A program made the position numbers and the translations under genes. From the NCBI GenBank assembly GCA_030324005.1, contig JARDVH010000137.1, forward strand, positions 19,284,917 to 19,348,916: a stretch of DNA of 64,000 bases. The letters run 5' to 3'. This document shows, in pieces, positions 62,490-64,000 of this stretch (positions within the stretch are counted from its first letter, which is position 1; the number at the start of each line of letters is the position of its first letter). Source of the stretch: Negaprion brevirostris (Eukaryota). The notes under the pieces are model-generated. The model searched no databases. It saw nothing but the letters and a program-made list of their open reading frames with translations, and was not told where the DNA came from.

Positions 62490-62820
62490 CCAGTCCCACA
62501 ACACGCTGGGATATCTGCACTTCTTTAAATCTGGCATTTTAAACATCCCCAATTTTAATTACTTCACCATCAGTGACCCCCATCTTCAGCTGCCTGGGCA
62601 TAAGCTTTGGAATTCTCCCCCTAAATTTTTCTACCTCTCTACCTCTCTCTCCTCCTTTAAGACATTCCTTGTAACCTTACTCTTTGAGCAAACCTTTGGC
62701 CGTCTGACCTAATATCATCCTCTGGCTTGTGGTCAAATTCTGTTTCATAATGCTCCTGTAAAGCACCCTGGGAGATGTAATTATGTTCAAGGTGCTACAT
62801 CAATGCAAGTTCTTGTTGTT
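62490..62820 (+). mobile_element. L2 LINE 3' end
   Basis: ctctcctcctttaagacattcctt..acctt..ctttgagcaaacctttgg..gtaaagcaccctggga..ggtgctacatcaatgcaagtt. Confidence 0.65.
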
Positions 62821-63514
62821 GCCATTTGGTTGTATGATTAAAAGGTCAGTTAATGTTTGAGCAGGAGAATGTTCATGATTAGATGTAACCTTAGCAGGCA
62901 GACAGGAAGGGTACTTGAGTTTGAGCCAGACATATGTGGATACTGGCATGAGTACAAGCATTCATCTGTAAAGTCCCTCATCCCCGCACCATGTGGTCAA
63001 GTCAAGTTACGTAGCCCTTTCTTCCTTGGCAGAGGACTTAACTTGAAGATAAAAAATGTTGATGTTGCTCGTGACTGTCATGATTTAAACAGTATGGCTA
63101 TGAAAGGTTATGAAATTAGTTGCTCAGCCTAACCCATCATTCAGGAAACTGCACGTGTGGTATTACATTTCATTTCAACATGCAATGTAGTAATAGGTAC
63201 CGTAAGCGATTTCGTAACTCCAATGACTAGCTTCATGTAATTACAGTGGTCTCTGACTGGGCCATGAAAATTAAAGAATGGAGGGTGTTGAATTAAAGTG
63301 TACTCTTATTGACCTTTATCTATGAAATGCATGAGATGAGCAATTTGTGGCATAATCAACAGAATCACCAACACCATCCCCACTGTGTCAGTCACTGGAC
63401 CATTGTTGATACATGAATGTCTTTGACAGAGCTTTGTCAGGACATTTCTGTTCAGAGGGCCCCACTGCCAGTGATGGGAAGTGGCCCAGAATTGACTACT
63501 TAAATAATTTAGAT

Positions 63515-63840
63515 GGAGGTCGGCACAATGGCACAATGGTTAGCACTGCTGCCTCACAGTGTCAGAGACCCAGTTCAATTTAAGCCTTGGGTGACTGTCT
63601 GTGTGGAGTTTGTCTGTTGTCTCTGTGTCTGCGTGCGTTTCCTTCAGCTGCTCCAGTTTCTTCCTATAGCCCAATGATGTGCAGGTGTGGTGGATTGGCC
63701 ATGGTAAATTGCCCCTTAGTGTCAGGGGAATTAGCAGGGGTTAAGAAGATAGGGCCTGGGTGGGATTGTTGTCAGTGCAGGCTCAATGGGCCCAGTGGCC
63801 TCTTTCTGCTCTGTAGGGATTGTGATTCCATGATTCTATG
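63515..63840 (+). mobile_element. V-SINE (HE1-like), near full length
   Basis: ggcacaatggttagcactgctgcctcacag head, V domain, gattccatgattctatg tail; further SINE and family A fragments run to the window end. Confidence 0.85.
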
Positions 63841-64000
63841 AAGGAGTGGCACTTCAAAGATTTGTGGTTTGTGCTATCAGGTAAACCTGCTGGACTTTAG
63901 CCTGGTGTTCTGAGACTCTTACTTAGGTGGATTGTTATGCTAAATTGCCCCTTAGTGTCAAGGGAACTAGCAAGTCATTTACATGAGGTTATGGGATAGG

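Noticed and set aside
55229-64000. Search for upstream CBX2 exons (chromodomain, KRPRGRPRK AT-hook)
   Set aside because: No matching segment found by eye; probably beyond the window or in a gap

Overview
Vertebrate genomic DNA from a draft assembly with many N gaps. The repeat content (V-SINE/HE1-like and Deu-domain SINEs, CR1, L2, Penelope-type termini) points to a cartilaginous fish, probably a shark (inference). The window holds two Polycomb PRC1 chromobox genes in the conserved tail-to-tail arrangement: a compact five-exon CBX8 on + (13149-14726; exon 3 partly lost in a gap) and the large last coding exon of CBX2 on - (53762-55228; upstream exons not found in the window). The rest is mostly decayed transposons: CR1, L2, a Vingi-like LINE, SINEs, MITEs and a two-gene PIF/Harbinger relic in the CBX2 intron. 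Main observations: (1) a chain of minus-strand exon-like segments with canonical splice sites and partly matching phases between CBX8 and CBX2 (~26-46 kb), suggesting an unannotated or decayed multi-exon gene with weak NB-ARC/STAND-like motifs and a Cys-rich C-terminus; (2) Penelope-type termini carrying minimal hammerhead ribozyme cores, repeatedly inserted as short fold-back elements, some with target-site duplications; (3) a perfect 27-bp-stem hairpin downstream of CBX8; (4) a ~20 kb CpG-retaining, partly transposon-free domain around CBX8. All family assignments come from reading the sequence, not from database searches.
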